64,000 nucleotides of DNA from Camelus dromedarius. Taxonomy: Eukaryota. The notes under the pieces are model-generated. The model made no database searches. It saw nothing but the letters and a program-made list of their open reading frames with translations, and had not been told where the DNA came from. The position numbers and the translations under genes are program-made. Below, piece after piece: positions 24,777-38,211 of this stretch; the first letter of the stretch is position 1; every line of letters starts with the position of its first letter. Location: the NCBI RefSeq assembly GCF_036321535.1, contig NC_087472.1, forward strand, positions 96,350,001 to 96,414,000, in the 5' to 3' direction.

Positions 24777-25930
24777 TTTTTTTTTTTAATGACGTATAGT
24801 TGATTTACAATGTTGTGTTAATTTCTGGTGTACACCATTGTGATTCAGTCATACAAATAAATGTATAGTCATATTCTTCTTTATTATAGGTTATTACAAG
24901 ATATTGAATATAGTTCTCTTTGCTATACAGTAGGACCTTGTTGTTTATTTTGTATCTGCTAACCCCAAACTCCTAATTTATCCCTCCCCCTTCTTTCATA
25001 ACTGTAAGTTTGTTTTCTATGTCTGTGAGTCTATTTCTGTTTTGTAAATGAGTTCATTTGTGTTCTTTTTTTAGATTCCACACATAAGTGATAGCATATG
25101 ATATGTCTCTGTCTGACTTACTTCACTCAGTGTGATAATCTCTAGGTCCATCCATGTTGCTACAAATGGCATTATTTAATTCCTTTTTATGGCTGAGTAA
25201 TATTCAAACACACACACACACACACACACACCCACACACACACACACACCCACACACACACCCCACATCACCTTTATCCAATCATCTGTCAATGGATGGA
25301 CACTTAGGTTACTCCCATGTCTTGGCTGTTGTAAACAGTGCTGCTGTGAACATTGGGGTGCACATGTCTTTTCGAATTGGAGTTTTCTCTGGATACATGC
25401 CCAGGAGTGGGATTGCTAGATCATATATGGTAAGTCTATTTTTAGTTTTTTAAGGAATCTCCATACTGTTTTCCATACTGACTGCACCAATTTACATTCC
25501 CACCAACAATGTAGGAGGGTTCCCTTTTCTCCACACCCTCTCCAGAATTTATCATTTGTGGACTTTTTATCGATGGTCATTCTGACTGGTGTGAAGTGAT
25601 ACCTCATTGTAGTTTTAATTTGCATTTCTCTGATAATTAGTGATATTGAGCATCTTTTCATGTGCCTATTGGCCATCTGTGTCTTCATTGGAGAAATGTC
25701 TGTTTAGGTCTTCTGTCCATTTTTGGATTGGGTTTTTTGTTTTTTTGTTATTGAGTTGTATGAGCTGTTTTTCTATTCTGGAACCTTGTCAGTCTCATCA
25801 TTTGCAAATATTTTTTCCCTTTCTGTAGCTTGTTTTTTTTTTTTTGTTTATGGTTTCCTTTGCTTTGCAAAAGCTTTTAAGTTTAATGAGGTCCCGTTTG
25901 TTTATTTTTGCTTCTATTTCTATTGCCCTG
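24777..25930 (-). mobile_element. 5'-truncated L1 (ORF2 C-terminus and 3'UTR) with internal (CA)n
   Basis: The ORF track gives [33 protein letters not shown]...[21 protein letters not shown] (25416-25688, -), the L1 ORF2 C-terminus. CA repeat at about 25208-25261. Confidence 0.9.
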
Positions 25931-27276
25931 ACAATGTCTTTTTAATTCAACACTCTTGACAGACTGGAGCAGACCTGTCTTCTCCCCATCCTCACCCTCT
26001 ATAGTGGCCTGAGATTCAGAAGACCTTTCATAAGTCATATCATCTTGTTAGGCCTCCTTTCCTCCTCTTGAAAATGAGGGGTTGGCCTGACTCAACCTGG
26101 CTCAATCAGTAAGGAAATGTCACGCTCTACTACACATTAAAGACTGCTGTAAAATTTTCAAACCCAAATTCGTTTATTTTTTTACAGTGATGATAAAGTG
26201 AGCTGGCTGTATGGACTCAGAGCTGAATGGTGCATCTAGGGTCATAAGTACTGAGGCAGAGGGATTTCTCTGGAACAGTCTCCTGGAGCATTTGGGAACT
26301 TTGCCTGCTTCTCTAGCTGTGTAGCCTCCAAGCCTGGAGCTCTGGCCCTTCCCCAGACTGTGAAAGCTATGTAAAATTTTGAATAAACTCCTTAAACTAA
26401 CGAGAATAGTAGATTCTGTTGTTGGCAACTAAGAATTCTGATGGATTCAGAATAGGATATGTTTAAAATTAACCCAGTAATGTTGCCACAAGTCCCCAAA
26501 GGTTTAGAATCAATGTCTCAGAATATTTTTTTTCAAAATAAAAGTAGCTCTTTCAAACTGTAACAAAATAAGAATGTTCTTGGTTCTCCCACATGTTCAT
26601 TTACCTCCAAGAATGCCAACAATCTCCAAAGTGAAGAATGGGCCATAAGCAAGGAATCTATTGAAAGAGAGACTCTGCAGTGATATTTTGCCAATACATT
26701 CTGGCTGTTTCTTCTACAGTATGTCTAAGAGCCTCATTAGAAGATGGCTGCCACTGACCAATAAGATGAGCCTCAAGTCAGACCTTTTCCTGTGCTAGTA
26801 CCACCATCTCTTACTGTGAACTTTGTAATCGTGAGGCTGAACCACCATGTACAATATACTCACTGTAATCAGAAATCTCCAGAAGCCTTAACACAGTGTT
26901 CTATGTTCTGCACTGACATGATGTAAACTATTTATGGTTATCAGAAATCTCCTTAGAAGGATACGGGAATAGAAATGTCGTTGAAAACGAAAATGTCACA
27001 TGCATAAATATTATAACAGATTAATCCACAAAGTCTGCCCACTTCCCTCCATTATGTAATGGACAATGGTAACTATTATACAATTACTCTACTCTTTTCT
27101 AACTCAAGGGGGAAAATAGATGGTGCCACAAATCTCGGATTTTCTGGAATGTGAATAATCTTTCTCTCTGATGAAATTTCAACTTACTTTCACAAGAACT
27201 ATTTAGAGACTCATAATTTCAGTCACACATTAGTATTTTATTCTTACACTGAGGCTGCTTTTTAAAAAATCTGTAC

Positions 27277-27840
27277 TTCAAAATCCTAAATATTCTACCC
27301 CAAAAAATCTATTGGAACTAATACACAAATTCAGCAAAGTTGCAGGATATAAAATGAACACACACAAATCAGTTGCGCTATTCACACAATAGCCAAGATG
27401 TGGAAGCAACGGAAATGTCCACTGACAAATGAATGGATAAACCAAATAGGGTATACACATATGATACAATTTTATTCAACCTTAAAAAGGAAGGAAGTCT
27501 TATAACTTACTACAACATGGATGAACCTTGAGGTCATTCTGCTAAGTGAAATACGCCAGTCACAAAAAGACTGTATGATTCCACTTGTATGAAGTATCCA
27601 GAGTAGTCAAATTCATAGAGACAGAATGTAGAATGGTGGTTACCAGGGGCTGGGGGAAAGAAGAAAAGGAGAGTTTTTTTTTTTAATGGGTATAGTTTCA
27701 GTTTCGTAAAGTAAAAGAGTCCTGGAGACCTGACTCCTAACAGTGTGAATATATTTAACGCTATTGAACTATACACTTTAAAAATGGTTAAGATGGTCAA
27801 TCTTATGTTATGTGTTTCTTACCAAAATAAAAAAAAGACC
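27277..27840 (+). mobile_element. Internally deleted L1M fragment
   Basis: AAATTCAGCAAAGTTGCAGGATATAAAAT (ORF2) is joined directly to 3'UTR sequence TTCACACAATAGCCAAGATGTGGAAGCAAC...poly(A). Confidence 0.75.
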
Positions 27841-29808
27841 AAAAAAATGTACTTCAAAAAAATATAACATAACGGTGCACGTCAAATCCAGAGACCTCTA
27901 CCATAAAAGTGTACCCTATTAGCATTTGAGAATACATCAACAAAGATATTTCCATATTGGTTTTCGTGCCCTGCATTTACTCTGCAACTGGGGTATCAGA
28001 TTTGATTTCCAATTCCAGTGAGCCTTCCCTCCCCACAGAATTGTTCAGAATGCAATCTATTCCTACCCTTGTGCCATCCCCTTATATGATAAGAATCCCT
28101 TGGGATTTTTAGTGTCCAGCCTGAAAATTTCTGCCTCTCCTTGTGGGACTCAGAACCCTCTTGACATCAAAGAACATGGCAATCACCACCAGTTGGCCAC
28201 CAGACCACCAGGCAAGGAGAACACTGCAGCTGACACACTTGTCCCCACTACAGCTGCCGAAGAAGGGCTGTAGACTAAGAAGCCTGTGATGTGATAAAGA
28301 ATGAATCCAGTTGCCAGGGCTCTTTGGACCCATCCACAAGGCCACTTTACCAGGCTAAGCCTATCCCCAGGAGGACCACACTGGGACAAGTTCATTGGTG
28401 CCGCATACACCAGACCTTAGAATACCACTTCCGATTCAAAGCTGCAGCCAGCCCACTGCTCCCACCGCACACAGCCGTGGAGAGTAACTGCGCTGCGGGA
28501 TGCTTGTTGCTGTTCCCTACCTGCAGAGTGTGCTGTGTATTGCCTAGGTCCACGCCAACAGATTTCATTTCTAAAGCTCAGGGAGGAGGCTTGGTGCTGA
28601 CAGCACATTCCCTTCCAGATGGCCCTTGGCCTTCTTATGCTAATTTTCCCATCCCTCTGCTGCAACCTTCAAACTCTGTATATCACGATTTTGCTGGAGG
28701 AGAAATAAGAAGGGAAGTTTACCAGGTACTCAATTACAACTCTTCTCTCTTTTTTCAGTAGGGTCAGCTAGAAATATCAAGGTAGGAAGATTCACAGAAT
28801 ACTTTTCACCACAGTTTTTTTTTTTTAACCTAGCCACTGGGTATACCACCCCTGAAATATCCAAAGACCTTCCTTCAGTGCTCCATTCTTTCTCATCCTT
28901 GTTTCACTTTGGGTCTCCAGTTCCGTCACTGAAGATTTCCTGTGAGTGGTCATTGAGCTGAATTGCAGGTGAGGTTGGATAGATAAGAGTTACTCAAACT
29001 TGGCTTCAGATCAACTATCAATGTATTTCTAATAAGGCACAATTATCCCGAAAAGTGGTGGGTGGTGGGTTCATTCCAGATTTGGCAGTGAGCAGTCATC
29101 CTAAGCCTTAAAGGCCATCACCTCCTAGAATTCCTTGCCTGGGCCTTGGTAGAGAATGTCCTCCATTTTGGAGAAGATGCAGCCATCTGCAGGAAAGGTG
29201 TGTGTGTGTTGTTGTTGATGGAGTCACATTACCCAGCTGTAGGCATGATGAAAGATGCAGAGACTGAGAAAACCAGGTTAGGGATGGAAAGACATATAGG
29301 GGGCCTCCAGGTACAGAGGGCCAGTTCTGAGTTTCTACTGAGCAGTTCAAGGTCATCCAGACACTGGCTGATTCCTTAGACTATGCTGAAGACAATGGTC
29401 ATTTTCCCAGAAAATAGCTTACAGTTTAATGCATCTCTACCAGGTTTTCAGGTTAATCATCGAGATTTGAAAGTGTATCCAAGATATGATGTTGTGACAT
29501 TGTAATATGTGAGAATGATGGTGCCATGGTCTTCCAAACAAAAACATTTATTAAGTGCCTTTCATGCGCTGGGCATCACGTTAGGTGTTAACAACCTTGA
29601 TCATTTAAACCATACAACATCCTGGGAGATATGTAGAATTATCTCCACTTTGTGAATCAGAGAACTGAAAGTCAGAGACGCTTCCCCAAATTTGCATGAC
29701 TGGTTAGCAAAAGGTGGAGATTTCAAACCAAGGTCTACCAAGCCTGTGTGTGCTCACTATACCACGACACTGCAGCACCTAGAATTTCCTGCTTTCTCAC
29801 TTCAACCC

Positions 29809-30216
29809 TGTTAAATAAAAATTTGTTCAGACACTTGTTAAAGACAGTGCAGTAGGAGGGAGAGATTGGGCTTATCTCCAAATACAACAAGGATAAATGG
29901 AGATTTATAGCCAAGTAGCAGAGTGGGGTCAGCAGATGGAAAATTACTAAGAGGAAACATCGAGGCTAGTGGGGTTCTTGCTAGACTGACACAACAGGAT
30001 TCTTGCTGAAGGCAGGCCAGGGTGATAAGAGATATCGAGGGTGAGGACTGAGAAATTTGATCAGATACCAAGGATGTGGGTTTTCGCTAAACTGACTCAG
30101 CAGGGTTCTCACTACAACTGGACTGAGTAGGCCCAAGACCCAGCCTAAAGTTGAGGCAGAGTCAAAAAGAGAACTCAGAGGAAACTAACTCAAGTTTGGG
30201 CCAAGAATCTTTGTCA
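29809..30216 (-). mobile_element. MER31-like ERV1 solo LTR
   Basis: TG...CA termini; the reverse strand starts TGACAAAGATTCTTGGCCCAAAC; approximate 4-bp TSD ACCC/CCCC. Confidence 0.7.
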
Positions 30217-30584
30217 CCCCCTGGGATGGAGGTGGTAGCAGCCATAGTGGATGAAGAACGATGGATGATAGGTGTGTGTCTAAACATGGTGAAGGAATTA
30301 GGCTGACAACAATGGCAAGACTACTGAATAGCTGAGCAGTGAAGGAGAAGTGAGGAGGGCCCACTCCCACATATTCCCAGATATGACACCGCCTAAGAAA
30401 GCTGGAAAAGGTTGATGTTAAGATACCAGATTTGAGGAGCTGTGTCTTCTGTGATATTGTATATTAGATGAGCAAGTCTACTCCTTCTCGGCCTATAGAG
30501 TCCAGAACTTCTTAGCTCAGCATATTAGAACAATGAGTTTAGGGTCAAAAGGTCATCCCTGGGTGATTCAGGTTGGTAAACACA

Positions 30585-32305
30585 TGCTATGGCAGATTTC
30601 ATAACTGTCCTCAATTCTTCACCCTTCCCTGCCTCACACCCTTTCTGTTGAGGCTTTACAATTCTTCTGACTACAAGCAGAGTAGATTTCCCCATCCCAC
30701 TGATATTGGACTTGGCCACGTGGCATGTTTGGGCCAATGGGGTGTTAGCAGATGTGATACAAACGGAGGCTGGAAATGTGCCTTTGCAGTTGGGCTCATT
30801 CTCTTGTGTTTCTGCCACTGTTGTGAGCAGAACATGTGCCAGGTAGCCTGCTCATTCAAAGAGGATGAGAGCTACTTGGGTAGACCTAGATCCAACTATA
30901 CCTTAGAACCAAGCCCAGTCAAGGCTAGCCTGAATAAGCCAACACAGGTGCATGAGGAAGACTAAAGATTTGTTCTTTTCCAATCCTAAGATTTATATGG
31001 AATCACAAAAGACTGAGAATTGCCAAAGCAATGTTGAAGAAAAAGAATGAAGCTGGAGGAATAACCCTCCCAGACTTCAGACAATACTACAGAGCTACAG
31101 TCATCAAAATAACGTGATATTGGCATAAAGACAGACATATGGATCAATGGAACAGAAATAAACCCACAGACCTACGGTCAATTAATCTTCGACAAAGGAG
31201 GCAAGAATATACAATGGAGAAAAGACAGTCTCTTCAGCAAGTGGTGTTGGGAAAACTGGACAGCAGCATGTAAATCAATGAAGTTAGAACACTCCCTCAC
31301 TCCATACACAAAAATAAACTCAAAATGGCTTATAGACTTACATAGAAGACAAGATACAATAAATCTCCTAGAATAAAACCCAGGCAAAACATCCTATGAC
31401 ATAAATCCTAGCAATGTTCTCCTAGGGCCATCTACCCAGGCAATGGAAATAAGAGCAAAAATAAACAAATGGGACCTAATTAAACTCATAAGCTTTTGCA
31501 CAGCAAAGGAAACCATAAGCAAAACAAAACAATAATGTACAGAATGGGAGAAAATATTTGCACATGATGAGACTGACTAGGGCTTAATTTCCAAAATATA
31601 TAAACAGCTCATACAACTTAATAAGAAAAAAACAAACAACTCAACCCCAAAACGGGCAGAAGACTTAAACAAGCATTTCTCCAATGAAGACATATGAATG
31701 GCCAATAGACGTATGAAAAAATGCTCAATATCGCTAATTATCAGAGAAATGCAAATCAAAACTACAATGAGGTATCACCTCAGACTAGTCAGAATGGCCA
31801 TCATTCAAAAGTCCATGAACAATAAATGCTGGAGAGGGTATAGAGTAAAGGGAACCATCCTACACTGTTGGTGGGAATTTAGTTTGGTGCAGCCATTATG
31901 GAAAACAGTATGGAGATTCCTCAAAAAACTAAAAATAGACTTATCATATGATCCAGCAATCCCACTTCTGTGTATATATCTGGAGGGAACTCTAATGCAA
32001 AAAGATACACGCACCCCAGTGTTCATAGCAGCACTATATACAATAGCCAAGACATGGAAGCAACCTAAATGTCCATTGACAGATGACTGGATAAAGGAGT
32101 TGTGGTATATTTATTATGTGGTATATTTTTTTAAAGTTTCTTTTGTATACTACAGGGAACATTGTGCTGTACACCAGAAATTGACACATTGTAATTGACT
32201 GTACTTCAATAATAATAAAAAAAAAGATTTGTTGTTTTCACCCAATGAATGAGTTCGGGGGTGCTTTATTATACATCACAATTGTGGCACTAGCTGACTG
32301 GTACA
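30585..32305 (+). mobile_element. MLT1 (MaLR) LTR split by an L1 insertion
   Basis: CTTGGCCACGTGGCATGTTTGGCCAATGG lies before the L1 and the terminal CACTAGCTGACTGGTACA after it. Confidence 0.65.
30981..32222 (+). mobile_element. 5'-truncated, relatively young L1 (1.24 kb) with 17-bp TSD
   Basis: ORF2 C-terminal translation (31698-32198: ...[18 protein letters not shown]...), A-rich tail, and TSD AAAGATTTGTT(C/G)TTTTC at 30964-30980 and 32223-32239. Confidence 0.92.
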
Positions 32306-32523
32306 CGAGGATACGCAGGCATGAGCAGGACCTGACAGTAAGTATGTAATGGTGTGCGTGCGTGTGTGTGATGCATCCTGCACTGTGATGAGATGCAGTA
32401 CTCCTTCTGGAGCATCACTGGAGCATGGCCAAAAGGACCATGCGTGGACATACATACCAGTACTAATGGAGTTACTTTGCTTGTTTTTTTAAACTAAATT
32501 GTAGGACAGCTGTTTCTATAATG

Positions 32524-32756
32524 CCCCTAATCTCTAATCTCTAACCAAAGCTAACTTTAACTCCTAACAGCTAACCCTAATCCAAACCTCTAACACTAAC
32601 CTCAAATCCTAAATCTAATGGTTACCCAAACCCTTAACCCTAATTCAAACACCAAACTCTACCCCTAACTCTCTCACTCCAAAGCCTATCACATAACACT
32701 AATCCCTAACCCTAACCCCAATATGTAGCCCTAACCCCTGACCCAAACCCAATCCC
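32524..32756. repeat. Degenerate (CCCTAA)n interstitial telomere-like repeat
   Basis: Seven exact CCCTAA hexamers (starting 32525, 32575, 32638, 32663, 32704, 32710, 32729) among variants such as CTCTAA, CACTAA, CCCAAA and CCCTGA. Confidence 0.8.
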
Positions 32757-32761
32757 TTTCT

Positions 32762-32949
32762 TTTTTATTCTTTTATGTATTTTTACTGAAGTCTAGTCAG
32801 TTTACAATGTGTCCATTTCTGGTGTACAGCATAGTGTTTCAGTCATATATATACATGCATATATTCCTTTTCATATTCTTTTTCATTATAGGTTACTGTA
32901 AGATATTGACTAAAGTTCCCTGTACTATACAGAAGAAACTTTTTAATCT
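32762..32949 (-). mobile_element. Short L1 3' end with 15-bp TSD
   Basis: ACCCAAT(C/T)CCTTTCT at 32747-32761 and 32950-32964 flank a reverse L1 tail. Confidence 0.8.
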
Positions 32950-34495
32950 ACCCAATTCCTTTCTCCATGATACTCTGCTTACCTGCCACAACCCCCTCCC
33001 ACACTCCCTCCCAGGGTCAGTAGCTTTTTTAGAGAAGGACTTGCTATTTCCCAGAATGCTTTAGGCCAGGAAAGGCCAACCAGCTGGAAACTCTTTGGTC
33101 TACACTTGCAGGTTCCTCTGAGTAACTGAACCATTTAGGCCAGACTTCCCAATCCCAGCATCTCCCTTCCAGCCTCAACCTGCTCCAGTAACAGGTCACT
33201 CCCCAGCCCAATCCTGACGCACGATGACAAGCTTCAGTTATCTGGGAAATTAATTCAGGAGGAAAAACTCTTCCTTCGTAACACTCACTAAACTAATTTA
33301 GTTTAACTCCAACTCTGGAGCCAGCCTGCCCAGCCACTTAAATCCTGGTGTAACTCAGATTAACTTAACTTCTCTGCCTCAACTGCTTCCTCTAAAAAAT
33401 GGGTTTAATAACAGTACCTCTTTCACAAGGGGGCTGGGAAGATTAAATGAGTTAATATATAAAAGCACTTAGAATAGTACCTGGCACCATAGTAACCATG
33501 AAATAAGTGTTTGCTTTTGTTAACATTAGTATGAGTATTACCAAAAAAAAGTATACATTTTCCTCTTCAGAATCCCACTTGCTTTTATAATGATGGCAAA
33601 AAAAAAAAACCCTAAACATGCTTATTTTAGAAATTTTTACAAAGAACAGGAAAGTATAAAAAAGAAGAAAAATAACCCACATCCAGCCAGTTACTTACAC
33701 ATCGAGGACAAAGGATAATTTGACTTTGCCAACAGTCTGCATTTTAGTAGATTTTCAATTGCTGCAGTCCCGCCCAGCCAAGCAGAGCTGTACTTTGATT
33801 TTATTTTGCTCTTGGCACTCAACTATAATTCCAGGCATAACATGGGGTCTCTGTATGTTTGTCTTTCCCACTAGGTTGGAAGCTCCTGGAGGAGAGGAAC
33901 AGTGTCTCTTTACTTGCTGCCCCGGAACGCCCAGCACAGAGCCAGACCCGGGAAGATGGGAAGATGCCCTCTCAACGCCGATCCGCCCAGCTTCCCCCAG
34001 CTGTACTGCTCTGGAATTCTGCTTCCCGTCTCTTTGCTCTGAAATGCAGGTTCCTAGTAGAATTATCTTTGAAATAAAATGTAAGGAGAAAAAAATCCTC
34101 CACTTTGAACTTGGGGTTCTGCACTACTTCTCACAGATCTTAGAAACGCCGTTTTCCTCTATTGGGTAATTGCAAACATTTTGTTTCCCACAGGGTGTGT
34201 GGCTCATTAAAGTGGTGATTTTCCACTTGCAGGTACAAAAATGAAGAAAGGGCTGGCCAAAGCCATGCCCTAAAGAGACATGGCATCTGTTCTGAGATTT
34301 CTGCTAGCAGCCTGCCAAAGACCACAAACCAATGGAGGGTTCTTTCTCAACAAAGGTAACTGTATTGTAATCAACATCGTTCCCTCTCTTAAGTAAGTTT
34401 ACCAAGTGGTAGCAAGTGTCACCCTAAGCAGCAAAATGAGAGATACAAATGTAAGGCTTAATGTAGCACAAACAAGGGTTCTGGAAAAAAATTTG

Positions 34496-34584
34496 TTTTT
34501 TTTAAAAATGGTGGTACTGGGGGTTGAACCCAGGACTTCATGCATGCTAAGCAGTCATGCTATCACTGAGCTATTACCCTCCCC
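34496..34584 (-). mobile_element. Vic-1-like SINE
   Basis: Reverse complement reads GGGGAGGGTAATAGCTCAGTGATAGCATGACTGCTTAGCATGCATGAAGTCCTGGGTTCAACCCCCAGTACC. Confidence 0.85.
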
Positions 34585-36199
34585 GCTGGAGGGAAAAAAC
34601 TTTTTAAAGAAAAATTTGGAAGGAGCAAGAGAGGGTGGAAAAGACATGTCAGTTTCAGGGATAATCCTGCTTTCCATCCAAGCCCACTTCTGCCCTCTCC
34701 TTTCCCTTTCATCTTTCCAATTGGCTTGATGTTCACAGCAGAGAGAGCTGATCCAACCAAGCTTTTCCTTTCCCAGAAAGGCCTTTTGTGATGTTTCTGT
34801 GCAAGCCGAATATTCTTACTGGAAGTGAAGTAGGAGACAGACGCAATAGAAGAATGAATGTGCAAGTTTACAATCCAAAAGAAGAACAGGCTCTTCCCCC
34901 AAATTATGAGCAGCTTCTAAATCACACAGAGCATCAGCAGAGGCAGAAAAATATATGTATATAGATGAAAGAAATGCTTACGTATTATATACATCTATGC
35001 ATCTGCCTCCGAAAGCGGACAATTAAGAAGTAGAAGAAAGTAATCAAAGCTTGACTCTGTATACCAAAATCCAGGAAAGTGCCAGGGCTGTCTTGTCATT
35101 GGTGTTTTTCCTCCCCCATAATAGATTCTGTTCCCTCTTCCATAAGCATTTTATCAGGCTATGTTTAGAATAGACGTCAAAGCTGGGAAACCAACCTGCA
35201 AAGCAAGACTTTCCCAATGGTGCCATCTGGTGGTGTTTCTGTGTATTACAACATGGCTTTGATCTCATGCAGACACGGGGGAAGCAGGAGGCAAACAATT
35301 TGGAATCAGTCCTTCTGTGATCTAAAAAGTCGAACCTTTGGGATTTGGCACTGGATAGTGTGTGCCAAGTGTCAGACACACAAGTGTTGACAGAAAGTGC
35401 TGCCACAAGGTGGAAATCGTACATTAGGAAAGAGAAAGTCTTGGGTCAGCCTGAACACAGCTGCCTTCATGAATTAGCACATCCTGTCTTTTTTTTTTCC
35501 CCTGTACTGAACCATGAAAATGTTTACAAGGCCACTGGGGAGGGATTTGTGAAAGTGTAACTTCTAGGGGAAAAACTTGGAACTGCTGCATTTTAAAGAC
35601 AGAAGAAGCCCTTTCACTATGGGCTTTTTAACCTGGGGATCACAATCTTGCTTTAGGGAAAGTGAACTCCTTGAAATCGAACATAAAAAGGGTGTGTTGG
35701 CACATATGGGCATTTTAACATAGAAGGTATTTTATCAGATTCTCAAAGGAGTCCGTGGCCTATAAAAAAGTCTAGGCACCAATGCTTGGGGATCCTAACC
35801 TAACCTCATACCCTGTAAGAAAATTCTGTCTACAACAGTCTTGACAAATTCAGTTACTCTGGGTTTGAACTTCACTGTTATGGAGACATCGTTGCCTTGA
35901 GGCAGTTAATCAATGGCAATGATTTCGAAGCCCTCAGAAGCTTTAGTATTGAATTGGACTGTGCTTCCCCAGCATGCCAACCCACTGGGCTTAGCTGCCC
36001 TCCCGCCGTATCATGGCGTGCTCTAGTCCTCCTCCAAATGGCCTCCCTTGACACCTGCAGGGCTACCCTGGCTGCCCTTCCCGCGAGTCTAAATCAAGTC
36101 CAGGCTAAATCCACCCAGCACTGGAAGCTTTCATGTGCTGTGGTTTTCAGATCCTTCCTTTCTCAGGTACCCACTCCCTTTTTGTGAGACAATGCTTCC

Positions 36200-36900
36200 T
36201 GGACAACTCGACGTACAAAACTAAACGCACTAGCCCCCGTAACAACCCCTTCCACCCACGGAGTGCTTGACTTGGACTTGTTCCTAACACCCAGGGCCTC
36301 TTTCCTGTTTCTTCACCTACCTCTAGTTTAAGCAAGTCTTTCACCGTCTCCAGCTGAAAGAGCGCTGGCCTTAATAAACACTAAGGAAAAGGAGACAAAC
36401 CAGAACCTGCGCTGCTTCTCCTTGCTGTTGTTTGTCACTTCGCTCGCCCCCAGCGGACCCAGCCTTCCCTTATTCCTGTTGCAAATACAACATAAAAGCT
36501 TTTTCATTGCTGTCATTACTATTGTTCTCCAATCTGAGCTTATTCTGGTCTTTTGATTTCCATCCTGAGAAATTTATGACAGGCTTTGTGTTTCTCCTTT
36601 AATGATGCCAGGTTTCTGGTTTTGTTCATCTCTCTTTAAAATCAAAGCTATGAAGAGCCCTCTCGGCAGCCTGGATGGCCTCCTTAGATCTGCCCCATTC
36701 TCTCTCTTCCCCAGCTTCCTTTGTGGCTGTGTGGCATTGCTTTGTAGTGACCATTTTCTCTTGCTTAGCTCTATCTTTTGGACTCTCTGACCATGAGCTC
36801 ATGCTCATATTTTTGGTAGATTTTTTGCTATCTTCTTTTATTACCTCCGGAGACATGCCTGGGGATCCCTTTCTTGGGCTCAGCCCGGTGTCGTGGGGGC
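36200..36900 (-). mobile_element. Ancient CR1/L3 LINE ORF2 fragment
   Basis: Frameshifted minus-strand peptides KEDSKKSTKNMSMSSWSESPKD, KSKDQNKLRLENNSNDSNEKAF, NKGRLGPLG and EKQRRFWFVSFSLVFIK follow, in order, recalled CR1 ORF2 motifs (KADFKKFR..IPW; KAKAQxELRLAxxVKDNKKxF; KExIGPLL; EKAELLNSYFASVF). Confidence 0.6.
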
Positions 36901-37289
36901 AGGGGTAGATTTTCAGAGGACCAGGTGTGGCTCCAAGGTCCAGCAGCATAGTGAACAGAAAACGTAGGAGGCAAGAGAGTGTGGAAGCTGTTGCCTCCTC
37001 CTTGCCTTGGGGACACTAATTCCAGAGCACCAGCAGCGGAAGCCTTCTAGCACCTCGTGATCTGGAGAACCCCAGCCTCTTACAATCTTTAGGCTGAGGT
37101 GGTCCCAGAAATCCGGCCAGGCTGAGCAGGCCGACTGAGGGCATCCGAGCTCTGCTGAGGGAGGAGGACCCGCAGACACAGCTTTTGCTCTCCAGCTGCA
37201 GACAAGCACACCCCCCAATGTGCACTCAGCTGCGGGAGGCCGGCAATTTAGTGTGAGACTGTCCTTGTTGCGAGATGGACAGTTCCCAG

Positions 37290-37727
37290 CCACCCCGGCA
37301 GACACTGTCGGTGTCCTGTTCACGGGGACCTGGCGCTCAGTCCAACACACACTGACAGCTTTTTCTCTCCAGCATCTGCCACTCTGCCTGGGGCTTTCTC
37401 CAGCTGCAGAGGGTGCTCACCACAAATCCAGGGCAGCCAGGAGTTTCAGGGAGCATCCCTGAATCACTGATGAAAGGGGGATGACGACAAAATACCCCAG
37501 TTTCTCACCGCCAAGTGGGACAACCTGGAGATGCGTGCTACACAGCCTGCCAGCTGTCCCCATGGGACACCTGCTCACTGACACCAATAACTGACCCTGT
37601 CCCGACTGCCTTCCCTTCTCCTCTTTCCCTCACTTCCCTGCTGGTCCTTCCTGGTGTCACCTCTCAAGTAAACCACTTACGCTCAAATGCTACTCTCAGG
37701 GCTTTGGGGGGGCACTCGAGTTAAGAC
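37290..37727 (+). mobile_element. ERVL-class solo LTR (LTR16-like)
   Basis: Ends AAGTAAACCACTTACGCTCAAATGCTACTCTCAGGGCTTTGGGGGGCACTCGAGTTAAGACA. The 5' boundary is approximate. Confidence 0.55.
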
Positions 37728-38211
37728 AGCCCTGATTGTAGTTCCATAAATCGCACCCCCCTGCCCTCAGGGCTCACATGGTGAGCACTTCAGGGCAGCT
37801 GTGCATCCGCAGTTCCTCAGGGGAATCCTGTACAGCCTGAAGTTTGAGATCAGCGGCTCGGAAGTGTGAGCAGTCAGCAGTCAGCATTATCCATTTACAC
37901 CCCCCCCACCTCAGTTATGGGTCCAGCCTTCTTCAGTCAAACCCACTTAGCAGTGGAGGTCAGGAGCCTCATCCAAGCGGTCCATCCCCTTTACTGTTTC
38001 TGTGTGGCCCTTCCGGTGGTTCTGTGTGTTTTTCCTGACCTCTTGGCTTCTGACACTGCTTTGCCCAGGGGGTAATGGACAGAAGTGTCTGGGGTTTTAG
38101 GCTCCCTGGGGGAGAACTGGGCTAATGACTGCCAGGCATGGGCATCTGAAAGCCCAGCTGCCTGGCTTGGATCTGGCCTGGGCTGGGACTTTGCTCAAGA
38201 TCACCCTTTTT

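Noticed and set aside
28291..28761. 156-aa ORF in unique sequence
   Set aside because: GTG start, no recognisable domain and no convincing exon boundaries.
31698..32198. 166-aa ORF
   Set aside because: It is the L1 ORF2 C-terminal fragment of a 5'-truncated element, not a host gene. The same applies to 25416-25688.
34233..34355. Exon-like segment on + (TTGCAG|G ... AAG|GTAACT) with one open frame
   Set aside because: The peptide is unrecognised and has no partner exons; such site pairs are common by chance.
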